From the NCBI GenBank assembly GCA_030141605.1, contig JAQGDQ010000130.1, positions 139,742 to 203,741 on the forward strand: a stretch of DNA of 64,000 nucleotides. The letters are read 5' to 3'. The translations under genes and the position numbers were made by a program. This document shows positions 40,701-53,660 of the stretch, piece after piece. Below the pieces are notes generated by a model, which was not told where the DNA came from, did no database searches, and saw only the letters and a program-made list of their open reading frames with translations. Each line of letters opens with the position of its first letter. The first letter of the stretch is position 1. Origin of the DNA: Tubiluchus corallicola. Lineage: Eukaryota > Animalia > Priapulida.

Positions 40701-43700
40701 GTGCATGATATTCAACTGTGCTGTAAAAGAATGGAGACTGCACAGTGCACAATTACCACTCATATTATGAAAAAGAAACATAGCACAAAAAAGCTAAAAA
40801 TACCAGGCTACACTAAATGAAAAGTTATATAATTATTTAAATATGACAACAAACGGCAATTGTTCTACACATTTTCCCACAAACTAGGAACACACCTTTA
40901 GGTTATAAAAGTGCAATATGTGGCTGTAAGTGACAAATCCGACTCTGATCGATGACTGTTCTTCACCGTAATCACGTGGTAGATTCTGCAGCAGTTGTCT
41001 GATGTTGCTACATAGAACATAGACCATGCCACTCTTGATACTGTTGTACGATACGTCTATCATAAATATATACGCGGGAGGATTTGGCAACTGATTGTTC
41101 TGAAAAAAAGGACAAATACACGTGAAAGAAACACAATTGTGAAAAACTTGTGACCTACGATAGTGGAAACAATACTTTTGTCTGTTGCTATTTCTCTTCG
41201 ACAGTTTCATATTATCTGTTTCCAGATGAAGAAACTTACTTTGCAATACTCCCGGGTCGCTACAAATTCGTAAGAACCAAGATGCAACTCGGGTCTCTCC
41301 CACTTATCAGTTCGTTGTCCAGTGTGGTCCAGATGTTGGAAATATTCTTGTGGTACTACAAGAACAAAACAACTAAATTAGAACTAGAAAGATTAAGTAA
41401 TGCGGGCAATACAGCAGTGCAATGCCAGATGTCTACAATTTCTAAACTTGACAAACAAATGCCTACAAGAATTGTCAGAATGTTTATCCAAAGTAAAGTT
41501 TTCCCCACAAAAAAGTCTTGTCAGCTAGTATGTGAAAACTGAAATAGCCACTATGAAGCAGCTTCACATACAAAAAACGAAAAAAAGATGTATTATTTGG
41601 TTGCAGAGCTGTTTATAACCATTTAGCAACATCTTGTCTTTTGCAGTCCACAACATACAACGATATCATTTGCAACTTACAACACTATCTTGAAATAGCA
41701 GCCAACTTTAACCAATTAATTAGTGAGTCTTAAATGCAACTTATAGATATATAAATACTGAACTTGAACTGATGTGCAAAATAGATGCAGATGCTGAGGC
41801 AGCAAATGGTGTATTATGTGGCACCTACCAAGAATTATGACACCATAGACAAGAACTTACCATCAGTGTGTCCATTACAGAAGCTGCATGTGAACCGACG
41901 CCCACCATCAATAAATGTCATAAACGGTGACATGTACGCCTTACAACGAACACACCGTACTGGACCAAGATCCCCAAAATTTACTATTGGAATAGGTTTC
42001 TGAAAATACAGTATATTAACTTAATATTACGTAAAGTTACAGTTACATATATGTCATGTCGCAGTGCCTTCTAAGTTGCCTTCTAAGTGTCTTCTAAGTT
42101 CACATCCAACTCATACTATAACTTACTGTATTTAGTTTACATAGAAACAAGTTTTGAGACATGATGTACAAACACTTAACAGACTATATTACCTCATCTT
42201 TAGCTTGCTTAGCAAAAGGACATATAGAGATGGCTATAGGAACTTGCGACTGTTTGCACATGTCTGAAGTGCACGGAACATTGTAAACTGTCGATCGGAT
42301 GAATCGAGGAGAACAATTACCTGTAAGAATTAAAGAAGAATATAACAACAATGTAAGGTCACAATGATATCACACCAAAGATCCAACAATTTTTTTAAGT
42401 ATTTCATTTCAGCATTATAGTCCATATTAAATCTGTGAACACACATCAGGAATGTGTCATACGTTACACATAGCATCTCGCTTATGTAAAATAACAGATA
42501 AAACAACAACAACAGCCTACATGGGCATCCATTACTTTAATAGCGGAAAACTTGGAAAATCTTGAAATTGGAATGCTGAATCACACCATCAGAGGGTCTT
42601 TTTAACTCGTTTTAAATAGTTGTTGCACCTTTGAAACTATTTCTTGTTACAGGAGTATATATTTTTTATGGAGACGGAAATATAAGCAAAAACCAATTTC
42701 TCTTGCATAATATTTCTGCGATTTTCCTCAAAAATCAAATGAGTCTGCTTTGAAAAACATTCACAACATGATTCGTTGGGACTCGCAGAAAACGAAAACC
42801 ATAGATATTACAGATTGAGGTAAATAAACTCTGACTCATAATTGGTTTACTACCTGACCTTTCAAATTTTCTATACGTGACAGCTTATAACTTTTGCAAA
42901 AATTGATTGGTGATGGGGGATATGAATTCTTAAAATGAAAATAATAGATGTTTGTGTTTATTTTTGAATAAAAGCCATGTCATTGCTTAAGTTATAATTC
43001 ATTTTGCAGAAATACGGCATTAAAATGTAAAAAAATGGTAATCTTTTTAATTCCGGGATAATTTTTTTGAGTTTTCAGATGCTGTAATTCAAAAACAAGC
43101 TTTGAATGTTTCAACCCTCGATTTTTTAAACACTTTACAAAACAAAGAAATTGATGGGCAAAGAAACAGCGTAAACAAAAAACCAGGAAAAAGGAAAGTC
43201 ATCTATCAATTCTCCTAAACACTTGAATTAAATTCCTGTGTTTCTGTTACATAATACATAAAACTAACTACTGCATACCTCCGTCTTGCGCAACAAAAGG
43301 TGTAGTAACTAGTGGCGGCACCTGTCCACGTTGACTGGTATTAAAAATGTCTGATCTGTTTCTCCTATCATCCTCATACACTTGTATCTTAAATATACAA
43401 TATAATAGTAATTAGTCAACTCAGCTATTCGAGTTGTAAACATTGTAAATTATCAACGAGAATTAAGTTGAGAATTTTAAAGCAATGTTTAAAGTAATTC
43501 AAGTAGGCACTTACAGCTTGTGGTTGCATTTTCATAATTGACTAATCAGATACAAAACCTATTCGATAGTCAATTATAATATAATAACAGATTATAGTGT
43601 TATTTTATGAGAAATCAGGGGAAGGCTGAAAACCACATGCTGGTGCTTATAATAAACTTTCGTGTCTAAGCAACGGCGCCAGCACACTAATTTACAGAGA

Positions 43701-46700
43701 GGCAAATGAAGCGTCATGATTACATGACTGTACAGCGATAACGGCCATATTTATCGTGTAATTATAATTGATTTGCATTGGCAACTGAATAAAATAATCG
43801 ATGATTGGAAATAAAAGTTGAAACCGACTATACACAATTAAATCGATTAAATGGTCCCATCACTACTTACTACAGCTGAAAAAACATGAAATTTATGCAG
43901 CAACTATTTTGAATGAAACTTTTGCCAGAATAATAACATCCACCAATTCATGAAGTGCTTACAGGACTGGGCATTTGGTCAGGGTCCAAGCGTCGCTGTG
44001 GTGGCGGTGCTTGCGCAGGCTGAGGCGGAAACCCACTGGGGGACTGTCCCATAGGCGACTGCGGACCTCTGGGTATGCTTTGCGAAACAGGCGGCATAGG
44101 CGACATACCTGAAAAATTAAAATGTTAATCACTGAAATGGAACTGTCATACATATTCATCAGGGATGTTACTGAAACTGAAATTACAAACCAAAATCGGA
44201 CCGAAATCATTTTTGCAATACCAACTGCTATAAAGCTGAAAAAATTCTAAAATAAATAAAATACTTTGTTTTTGCTTGTTTGTTTATATGTGTTTCTGCC
44301 AAGTAGTTAGGCAAAAAAATCCTAACCAAAAAAAGTAGAACAATGTTTATGGTTAGAGAAAATGAAGTTTCAAAAAAACTGACAACTTTTATTTTGTAAA
44401 TATCTTGTTGCCTATATTTCAAAAATTATCAAATTAAACATGGTTTTACTCAAATTACGCTTTGATATTTCGGTTAATTGTGCGTGGAAACCTTAAAGCT
44501 TCACAGTCGTCAGCACTGAAGATACGCCAAATTGTCGTAAAAAGCGTGCTACAAACTGAACAAAAGGCTAAAGGGTATTTACACTTTGAATTATGTTAAT
44601 TGAAATGTTTCAGCGATTTTTAACATTTAGAAGAAAAAAGTGTAAGCTGGATAAATACTACCTAAACCTAGGAAAAATGCTACAACAAATTACGAAAAGT
44701 TTCGTCTATGAAACTTAATAATTTTTGACGAAAACGAAACAACCGAAAGTGCAGTTATCGGCAAACCAAAACGAAATTTTCCTTTCTGTAACATCCCTGA
44801 TATTCATGTCAGCTAAAAAAACAAAAAAATATGCAATGTGTTATCCAGATTTTTTAGAAATCTAGAAAACAAAAATAAGAAAAAGAAAGAAACATAAGAA
44901 CACAACGTCCTGAAAGAATTTCCCCCTTCCTTTTAAAATCTATGCTAAAGCAAACTGACTAATCTAGATGCAATTTTAGTTTGATGCAGCATTTTATATT
45001 CTGTTTCATAAAGAATTTTTTCCTAATAATTTTCAATACAATAAGCAAATGATGCTGAACACAAAGTTAAACAAATTGCAAAAACGAGAACATTATACAA
45101 CCAAACTTCTTTTAACATATAAAATTATGTTTTATTCCATTACCTTTTTGACTACCGTACGGTTGTTGGTAACCTTGTTGACCAGGAGTTGGTGGCTGCT
45201 GACCGCCATATTGACTGCTTGGTGGCATAGGTCCACTCAATCCATAACCAGGCTGAGGAGCTGACACAAAACAATTAATAGCATCTAATTTTCGGATGTC
45301 CAAACCTTACCACAACTGATTAACATCACACAGATGAGTAGCTAGTATGCCTTTATTTAGGAAGTAAATGCTAAAAAATTCCTTCAAAAACACTTATTTT
45401 TCAAAAGAAAAGGTTACACATTTCTGAACAAGTAATTCTCTTTAATTTTGCAGCATTATGTTGCTTAGCTTTGATAAACAAATCGTGATGTAGAGCATTA
45501 TCAGAACACATATTCAGTCACTTATACAGGTATGCATAATATGGGTGAGATTAAGAAGTAATATGTCAGCCTCTGTTAATACACCTAGATCACAGCAAGT
45601 TTCGTAATATAAGATATAAAATAAAAAGTATCCTTAAGTACCAAAAAACTTATTTTTGTCTGTACGATAAACATTACTTCAAAAAGTTATTAGAAATGCA
45701 TTATTTCAAAAAGTTATTGGCAATGTAGCGTAAACAGTGTCTTCAAATACTGCAGAGTAGTTTTTGATTCAGAATATTTGTTGGCAGTACTATACATGGA
45801 ATGAATACCTTGATCGTCACCCCACACCTGGATCTGCCATATCCCACTTCTACACAGGATTTTAATATAGGTTGCACCAGTAAAAGTTTTAAGAAATTTT
45901 CAACCATAAAAACTTATATTAATGAACAGGTTAACCATATCTCGAATTGTTTATTAACCACCTTCTGCAGTACTTTTATGATTATTTCCTTTGTACCTTC
46001 ACAACAAATCCACCTGTACTTCAATATAGTAGTTTGGACTCATCTTGAAACCACATTATGTTCACTGCTTTAACATAAGTAAATTAATATAAAAATAAGA
46101 AATTACCTGAAATTGGTGCATTAGACATCATTGTAGGTGTGGTTGACCCAGGCATGCTCATTGTATGCTGAGGACCCATTGATACAGGCGCCTGATTCAA
46201 CCCTTGTTGGTGTCCCGGAACACCCTGCTGTGCAGGAGAGCTAACTAGGGGTGCCCCTGGATACTGCTGGGGCGGCTGGGAACCATAACCAGACGCAGGC
46301 ACTTGTGACGTTGGTGGTTGGCCGTACTGTGGAGCTCCCGGATATTGAGAACTAGTGGGAGGGCGTGGCTGATAATGGGACTGTTGTGGAAGAGGTGGGG
46401 CACCATACTGTGACACAGATGGTGACCCGTGATGTTGCGAAGTGGGAGGTTGTGCCGGAAACTGCGAAGAGGGAGGTGCACCAGGTTGTTGGTATTGTGA
46501 GCCAGGGGGTGGAGCAGGTTGATAGGATGGGCGCTGGGGAGAACCGTACTGTGAAGGAAGAGAAGGTCGTAGTGGAGGCGCTGCACCTGAACCATACTGT
46601 GATCCAGTAAAGGGGGTCTGCTGTTGCTGCTGTTGTGGAATGCCATACGCAGGCATGGGTGGCACTCCAGAAGGCGGCTGATGTCTAGCTGCATCGTACG

Positions 46701-49700
46701 GCTGCAAATTAGCCTGAGCACTATACTGACTTGATGGAGGACCACTCTAAAAAAGACGTTCTGTAAGACACTGATATTTATATGGAAAATCCTTGTTCAT
46801 GAAATGCAGGTTCGCATTGAAAATATTAACATTAAACACTTTTCAGTTTTGGGCATTCTCATTCATAATGTACTCACATTCCCATATACATAGCGTTTTT
46901 AATATTATAGCTGTGAGCTTAAAAGTTGTTATCATTAAGAGTAAATAAACTAAACATATTAAATAAATTACAGACATCGCAGTATAACAGCTATAATACA
47001 TATAGATATGTGCAGTGCACCAAGCCTTGCCAATATTACTTCAATTAACTAAACTCTGTAACTTATATTACACTTTATTTGAAGGAGCAACACAATATAA
47101 TAAGTTGTACGTGTGCTACATACCATCTGATATGAATTTTGAGCACTGAGAGACATGCTTCCCATTTGATCAGCAATCTGCAAACAAGAAAAAGACATTA
47201 GAAAAGCAAAGAAGCAAAGAAGAAAGCAAAGAGAAGCAAAAAAGTAAACCATCATATGAAAAGCAAAAAATTAAAAATAAACAATCTGCAAAGACTTAAG
47301 CACAACATAAATAAAATTAATGATAAAGAACTGGAATAATTAATAATGAAATCCAACTCTGTCTAGGTAAAGTTTTTATGTAAATATATGGTGGTTCCAC
47401 TTGTTTATCATGTAGCCGTCATTCTTACGACACACATCAGCTTAAGGCTTTGTCATTTTAAGCGGACTGGGATAGAGCGTCACAAGTTGTACTAAACCCT
47501 TTCTGGAGAGATTGATGGAGCTGAATTTTCACACTAATTCCAAAATAACGCCGATGACACCACATTCGTACAACCATAAAGCATTTTGAATCTGATTATA
47601 CAGAAGTTTTACCGATACTAGAGCTGCATATTCTGTATTCACTTATAGAGTCGGATTTTTGACGTGACGTCTAAATGATGCCGCATTTAAGAAGCTTGAA
47701 GCTCTGGCATTTTAAACAGGATTGGATGATGACACAACACGGTTATTTTGGATTAAATGGTTTAACAAATTCGAAAACAGTGACAGCAATGTCACTGTTA
47801 AGAAATGTCGTTCTTGGCGAAATGCAGCAGTATCTCCATGCCAAAGTCTCCTCAGTTGAATATGTTATCAATTATTATTAGCTACTTTGCCATATGAGTA
47901 TTTTTTCACACAGACTCAATGATTGTTCGTATTCAGTTGTAATAAATAAAACAAACTTGAAGCTTGAAACTACATTACATCATAATTGCATTGCATTTAA
48001 TTCCCAAACCTGTTGTGTAGATGATGATGGAGGAGGTCCTTGCTGAACCATTGCACCAGCTGGTGAAGTTGCATACTGGGGTGGTGTTGGACCAGGTGCT
48101 GAAAATCCATTCTGTGTTGGTTGGTTAAAACCCTGTTTAGACTGACTGCCATAATCACCATAAGCTGTCCCAGCTGAAAGAAAAAACATACACGGATGAG
48201 AATGACAAATTGCAAAAAACTCTGAAACAGGCCGTGGGTTTGGGGGCCGCGTAGGCCCCCATGGGGTTTCAAGGGTGGTGAAGCGCCTTTGGAGCCAGCA
48301 ACAAATTGCAATTTTGTGACCACAGAGAACTTCTAAGTGGACTTAAAATATCAATTACCTTGTTTCATGCATAATTTAAAATACCCAACTATCAAGGATA
48401 CATGATAAATAATTGTCTCAAAAACGCCTAAGTACTGGCCGCTCCTATGCAAAAGTATAAAAAAAACTGTCTGCAATTGACTCAAATAAATCTGCGCAAT
48501 TGATTCTATATTTTTATACATAGAGCTATACACGTGGTTACACTGATGTACGTGATGTAAACAAAGTGATGGCCTGCCAACTAGCGGTCAGCTTGTGAAA
48601 TAATGTACTGGGTCTGTAAAAATTTTCTCAACAAATTTACGCGATATACAAAAATGGCACTACTGGTCTTCCAAAAACTCAGAATTCCGCATATCCGCAG
48701 AACATTCTCATCCGTGCATACACACAAATAAAAAGAGGTTAATATACAACCTAGAATATTGTAACTTACTAGTAAGTAATAATATAATAACAATAATTTA
48801 ATGATTAATTGAATATTTCTAATGCATTTTACGTGATGTAAAAATGCATCTTACAAGTAAAAGATCAACAAAATTACTAAAAAGTTAATTCATAAGATAT
48901 ATAAGACCATGACACATTGATTGATTAAAAGTACATTGAATATGACAAAAACAGAAAAATAATAAAACAATGGAAAATTTAGTAAAATAAGAAAAGCAAT
49001 GCTATAAAACATACACAATAGTAGAAAATGCAAGGTTATCTCAACTGCCAAAAGGTCCATGAAAATAGTAAGTTTTCGGACTTTTTGAAAATTATCAAGC
49101 GACTTGATCAGGAGTAATTCCAGCGGCAAAGAATGTCACAGCTTGGGGTAGCAGTTCTGAATGATTTGTCACCGCACATGACAAGCCTGGTATGTGGAAC
49201 TTCAATATTACTTCTGTTTGAGCTAGATCTTAATGCTCTGTGAGGGACATATAATTCAAGAAGGTCAGATACATAATGACCAGAATAAAAAAAAATCGCT
49301 GTTTATGTTCAACAACAAAACAACAATCAACTAGGAACAAACACGTTGAAGGAAAAAAGCTGAAAAATGAGAAAGCTGAATCGCACAAAAAATGAAAGTC
49401 AATTTGATTGCACGGCTGACTTACAATTTTTAACATCTTCTCTTTATTTATTGAATGTAAAGTATCATAGTAATCGTAATTCTGGCTAAAATTCAGTGAT
49501 AATCTAGTTATCTATTGTGGAATAACTGCTAGCTAATTTAACTAACTGAGGAGCTAAGTACTAAAAGTAAGTAACTTTGTTTGTCACTAAATTTTACAAG
49601 ATAAAAATAAACAAAAAATATAATAAAAAACGAAAGAGACAGGGTGGTGGAAAGACCAACAGCCAGCAGCTGCTTATTTCGTAAGTATATAACACTATAC

Positions 49701-51469
49701 ACATAACTACAGCTATACCTACCACAGTCTATTATAACAGACAGCTGGGTATGAAGTGGCACAATACCCATTGAAAGCAAGTGAATGCTCAAGAAAAAGT
49801 AACAACAATTACGCTGTGTATCACCATAATTATTACGCAATCTACAATTTTTACGCTGTAATATCGGTTTTACAGAATGAACACTTCTGTAGTACAGCTA
49901 ACAGAGTGAGTATGTGTATACACAGTTCAGTACTTAAAAGTAATCAGTGACCCACAAAACAAACCGTTGTTACAGTGAACTTTTGTGCCTGAGGCAAAAT
50001 TTTGTCAAAGTAATTCACTTTAGCACTATTCTTGCCATATCTATTGAAGATTAAGCCATTTAGTGTTAGTTTTTGTATGGAATGCAATAGAAACACGGGC
50101 AAGAAAATGAGAAAACGTCAAAATGTAGCGAACATTGAAGGTTTCCAGCAGTGATGGGCAATTAATAGATCAATCGAGATTACAACCATGTATAAATCGA
50201 TATAATCGGCGATTGAACAGTAATTATGTTACATAAGATTTATCAAGAGAAAAATACACCTGTTACACATTGACTAAATGCAATGTTTTAGCACAAATAC
50301 ACAGAATCCTTGCATTTTTTCTTCGTTTTTTTCACCTTACACACAACGCACAATTACATACTACAGTGCTGCAAACAGTGTTGCGGGCTTCAAATTTGTT
50401 TTCATGTGACGTGCGTACTGCGTAGTGACATAACAAAATGGCAGATGGCGACGATGACGAAGTTAGTAGGCTATATTTCAGTACTGCAATATCTAAACAA
50501 TATGGCTAAACACTACAAAATTGCCGCAATGGATTAATCATGATATCAAATTACAAGAAAAAAATTATAATTGAATTACAAAATTTCAAAATCGCACATC
50601 ACTAGTTTCCAGGTACACAATTAATCATTTGTGAATGAGAAACTAGTTTGTTAAATTGAGTTTATCACCGGCTGCTTTCTCTAGAATGAGGTGTGAACTG
50701 TTTTTTATAGTACCGTAGACAGCCTAATGACTACACTGTACGTGTGTGTGTGTGTGGTCACTTTTGCTTAATTTAAGAATGGCAGATAAATTAATACATG
50801 TAAACAGACTTATTTGTTATTTCTGTGTATATTTGGATTATGAGTAGAATACAATAAAGAACAGAATTATCCAAGAGTCTGATTAACCTGCCAAAGTCGA
50901 CTGTCAGCTCCATCAAATGCACATCTCGAGCTCCACGACAAGGACCGGAGTAAAAGTAGCACCCTGTTTCCCTATTGTGCTTGTTCATAATGAGTGAGAA
51001 AAACACTCGTTTTCACACTGGTCACAATTCACACGGACAAAAGTCTGTCTGGGCTTTGTTCATACAAACAACAGACCAAAGTAAAATAAGGTGACTGAAG
51101 TGTTTATTAAATGCAGTAATAAAATCTTTGCTAACAAAGCTAATGTGTGACTCCAAAAATTCATATAATAAACATAGTCAAAAACTTTTACATTAATCCT
51201 AGCTTTAGCATTACAAACAATACACAGGCGCAACACATTCAGAAAACTATAGCTAATAACTATCCTGGATATTTTTGCTATAAATATAATATAACTATAT
51301 TAGCACAGTATGACATAATTCAATTACCTTGTTTTGGAAAAGGTGAAGCACTTGGCCCATTAATTACATTTTGCTGTGGAGGTCCCTGTGATAGCGGTCC
51401 ATAACCAGTTCTCTGTGGCGGAGCAGCTTGTCCGTAACCAGTAGCGCTGGATGACTGTGGCTGATACAT
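31715..51469 (-). CDS. SEC24C: Protein transport protein SEC24C/D class (COPII inner-coat cargo adaptor), about 1184 aa, 19 coding exons: 51469-51328, 48173-48010, 47177-47124, 46746-46107, 45260-45144, 44108-43963, 43387-43279, 42320-42193, 41999-41861, 41355-41240, 41099-40896, 39968-39762, 38316-38200, 38061-37891, 37022-36780, 35814-35484, 33296-33105, 32433-32240, 31855-31715
   Basis: All junctions are GT-AG and phase-consistent (total 3555 nt). Features in order: P/Q/S/G/Y-rich N-terminus; [14 protein letters not shown]; [11 protein letters not shown]; Zn finger (RCVRCKAYM...FTCSFC); trunk domain ([31 protein letters not shown]); beta-sandwich ([12 protein letters not shown]); helical domain with [17 protein letters not shown] (LIL motif of the SEC24C/D class); gelsolin-like repeat; C-terminus [18 protein letters not shown]. 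Confidence 0.96.
33537..33878. mobile_element. hAT-like MITE in a SEC24 intron
   Basis: Imperfect TIR CAGTGGCATAGCTA / TGGCTGCGCCCCTG; ttgaga present on both flanks as a degraded TSD. Confidence 0.6.
34210..34222. promoter_or_regulatory. RFX X-box consensus match
   Basis: GTTGCCTAGCAAC. Confidence 0.35.
35235..35290. repeat. (TCA/TCG)n microsatellite, the tail of a minus-strand retroposon
   Basis: Direct reading. Confidence 0.9.
37636..37930 (-). repeat. Tandem array (6 copies, about 52 bp) of a SEC24 exon 3' end plus 5' splice site
   Basis: Unit (+ strand) tcactatcttacctggaaatagttgtacctatacagctgaccaccagtgacc; copies start at 37636, 37687, 37739, 37791 (internally deleted), 37827 and 37879 (overlaps the real exon). 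Confidence 0.97.
43517..43864. mobile_element. Degraded MITE related to 50149-50604
   Basis: Right end ...aatcgattaaatggtcccatcacta resembles the TAGTGATG TIR family; the left end is degraded. Confidence 0.45.
44160..44799. mobile_element. Non-autonomous hAT element (MITE), 640 bp
   Basis: 17-bp TIR CAGGGATGTTACWGAAA (1 mismatch); perfect 8-bp TSD ATATTCAT at 44152-44159 and 44800-44807. Confidence 0.93.
49040..49430 (-). mobile_element. L2/CR1 LINE 3'-end relic
   Basis: [32 protein letters not shown]...FKK, resembling an L2 ORF2 C-terminus. Confidence 0.6.
50149..50604. mobile_element. Non-autonomous hAT element (MITE), 456 bp
   Basis: TIR CAGTGATGGGCAATT / AATCGCACATCACTA; perfect 8-bp TSD GTTTCCAG at 50141-50148 and 50605-50612. 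Confidence 0.9.
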
Positions 51470-51769
51470 CAAGATATTGAGATAATTTATGTGGGATTCC
51501 TGAAATAATACAACCAAATAATTGGTTCTAAGCAGTAGTTAATAATCTACTAAATTATATGACTCAGGGCAGCTTCAGGATGTTAGGCATTATCGGTTTT
51601 GATGATGTCCAATATTGACCTTTGTAGTACAACATGATTTACTATATATAATGATTGCAGCTTCAGCATCAAATTTGTGATGCAAATATGCACATTAAAA
51701 CTGGTATATATACATATATAGCATACCACAATATGGTGGTGATGTGTAATGAAGCATGGTGCAGTAGTT

Positions 51770-52520
51770 GAATGTCAAGGCATTGTGTGTCTCTGTCCAT
51801 CAGACGATATAATCAAATTCATCATGGTTGTCTCTTACATGTAAAGTTTTACATCTGCCAGTGTTAAACAGTATTTGCCACACTCTGGGTCACACATCCG
51901 GCTGGATTACGGTGCAATTATACATGACCTTAAACTGACTTCGTAGTCTTGTATATTTTTGAGTCATCGGCAAACAGTTTGACTGTGGACAACAGTTTAC
52001 GAGGTATGTCATTGCCTTAGATAAGAAATAAGAGAGAGCCAAGCACACTGCCTTGGGATACCCCACTCTTTACAGTAAAACTTTCTAGAATTGATTTTTT
52101 TACACTATGACTGTTGTGTCAAAAAATCTTGAACTGATACCAAGATGTAACCAGATATTAGCTAGCCTGCGTTTCGATAGGTTTTTTATGTAGAATCTTG
52201 TCAAATGCTTTTTGAACATCATAATATGTTACATCAACATCCAATCCTTGTTCAATTGAATCTTGCCAATTGATTAAAGCATCAAACAAGCTGAGACTAC
52301 CTGAGCTACTCAGACTTAGTGAATCCATAAAAAATTCTGAGAAACTAGATAATCATTTTCTTAATGATTCTTTATAGAAGTTTGTACATGTTTACATGTA
52401 GAAGTTTAACTGATGTTAAACTTATAGGCCAATAATTTGTTCTTAGATCTCTTTCCCCTTCCTTGAAAATTGAAGAAACAGTTACATGGACTAAAAACTT
52501 CTCTCACTTGATGATTTTTG
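51770..52520 (-). mobile_element. CR1-type LINE reverse transcriptase relic
   Basis: NYWPISLTSV, VDVTYYDVQKAFD, SGVSQGSVLGSLLFLI*, STVKLFADDSKIY, with stops and deletions. Confidence 0.9.
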
Positions 52521-53439
52521 AAATATTATCCTATTATCCTAAGTATTTTCTTAACCTGATTCATTGCAAAGGGGTTAAACTGGCCTGATCTCATTCCCGT
52601 GTCTCTGTCAAGGTCTGGCTTCAAAAATTATATCATCGTCATGATCGGTGACTTCAGTTGAACTATTATTGTATCCTAGGGATATCATGAGGCTCCACCA
52701 GAACCGGAACTTTGAAATCAAATCTGAATCAGAACTTTGATTCGATTCATTCGCTGAAATTTCATGTTACTTTAGATTCTGGTCGGAAGAAACCCCAGTT
52801 TTTAAAAAAAAATCGATTTCACTTCGCATTTGATCTGGATACGAAAATTATTTTAAAATGACATTCGGGTTTGAAAATTTTCATAAAAATTGATTTGGAT
52901 TTGGTAATTTCACGTGTTCAGATTCTAGACATTCTTATTGTATCGATTCACCTATGTGATGTATCAGAATGCTTGGTAAATATTTTCAAAAACTTACATA
53001 AGCTAACACGAACAACGACAAACTGGCCCGAGATTAGTAACTGATGCTGTTATATTATCTACCAAAGATGACAGATTTCTTTAAAGATGATGAAAGATTT
53101 GTTTGGTTTAGGTGACACAAACATCTTATTTCAGTATTGAATATTTACTTACGATTTTACTTGTTTTTGTTTCTAATGATTCACTGACAATTTTAATTTC
53201 ACACTATTGAGTATGTACTGCGATCTCTCAATTGTCAGTGCTAGCACAAACAGTCGGTCTGCTGTAACACAGTCATTGGACTATTGACGTGTAAATTCAA
53301 AATTGACAAATGATGTATTACAATAAATTCAAAACGTAAACCAATAAATACTGTTTAGTTTCTATTGAATAACATCACCAAAATTTATCTACAATAACAA
53401 ACTTACTCTTTTGCAAAGCAATGTTTTACAACAACTTCT

Positions 53440-53660
53440 TACTTATCATACACTTGCCACGTACGACTGACCCGGATGTGTATTGTGGCTCGATCTAGTG
53501 AATGAAATGACGTCTAAAATGTATCGAGTTTTCAAGAAATTCAATAATTTTGCAGAAATTTAATCATAACGATAATAATTTACTAATGTTGGACACCTGC
53601 AAGGAGTGAAATAGAGAACGCAATGTAAAATGAGATGATAAACTGAGGTTAGTGCAAGAA
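53440..53660. promoter_or_regulatory. Candidate bidirectional promoter / first non-coding exons of SEC24 (-) and CDKL (+)
   Basis: Both ATG-containing exons start with acceptors (51499 minus, 54921 plus). Minus-strand donor aa|gtaag at 53443/53442 and plus-strand ag|gttagt near 53646. Between them: GCCACGT (53456-53462), CCGGATGT (53472-53479), TGACGTC (53508-53514). Confidence 0.45.

Noticed and set aside
46245-46745. 166-aa alternative-frame ORF and 81-aa antisense ORF over the large SEC24 exon
   Set aside because: Expected by-product of stop-poor Pro/Gln codon usage; no true ATG start for the 166-aa frame and no independent support.
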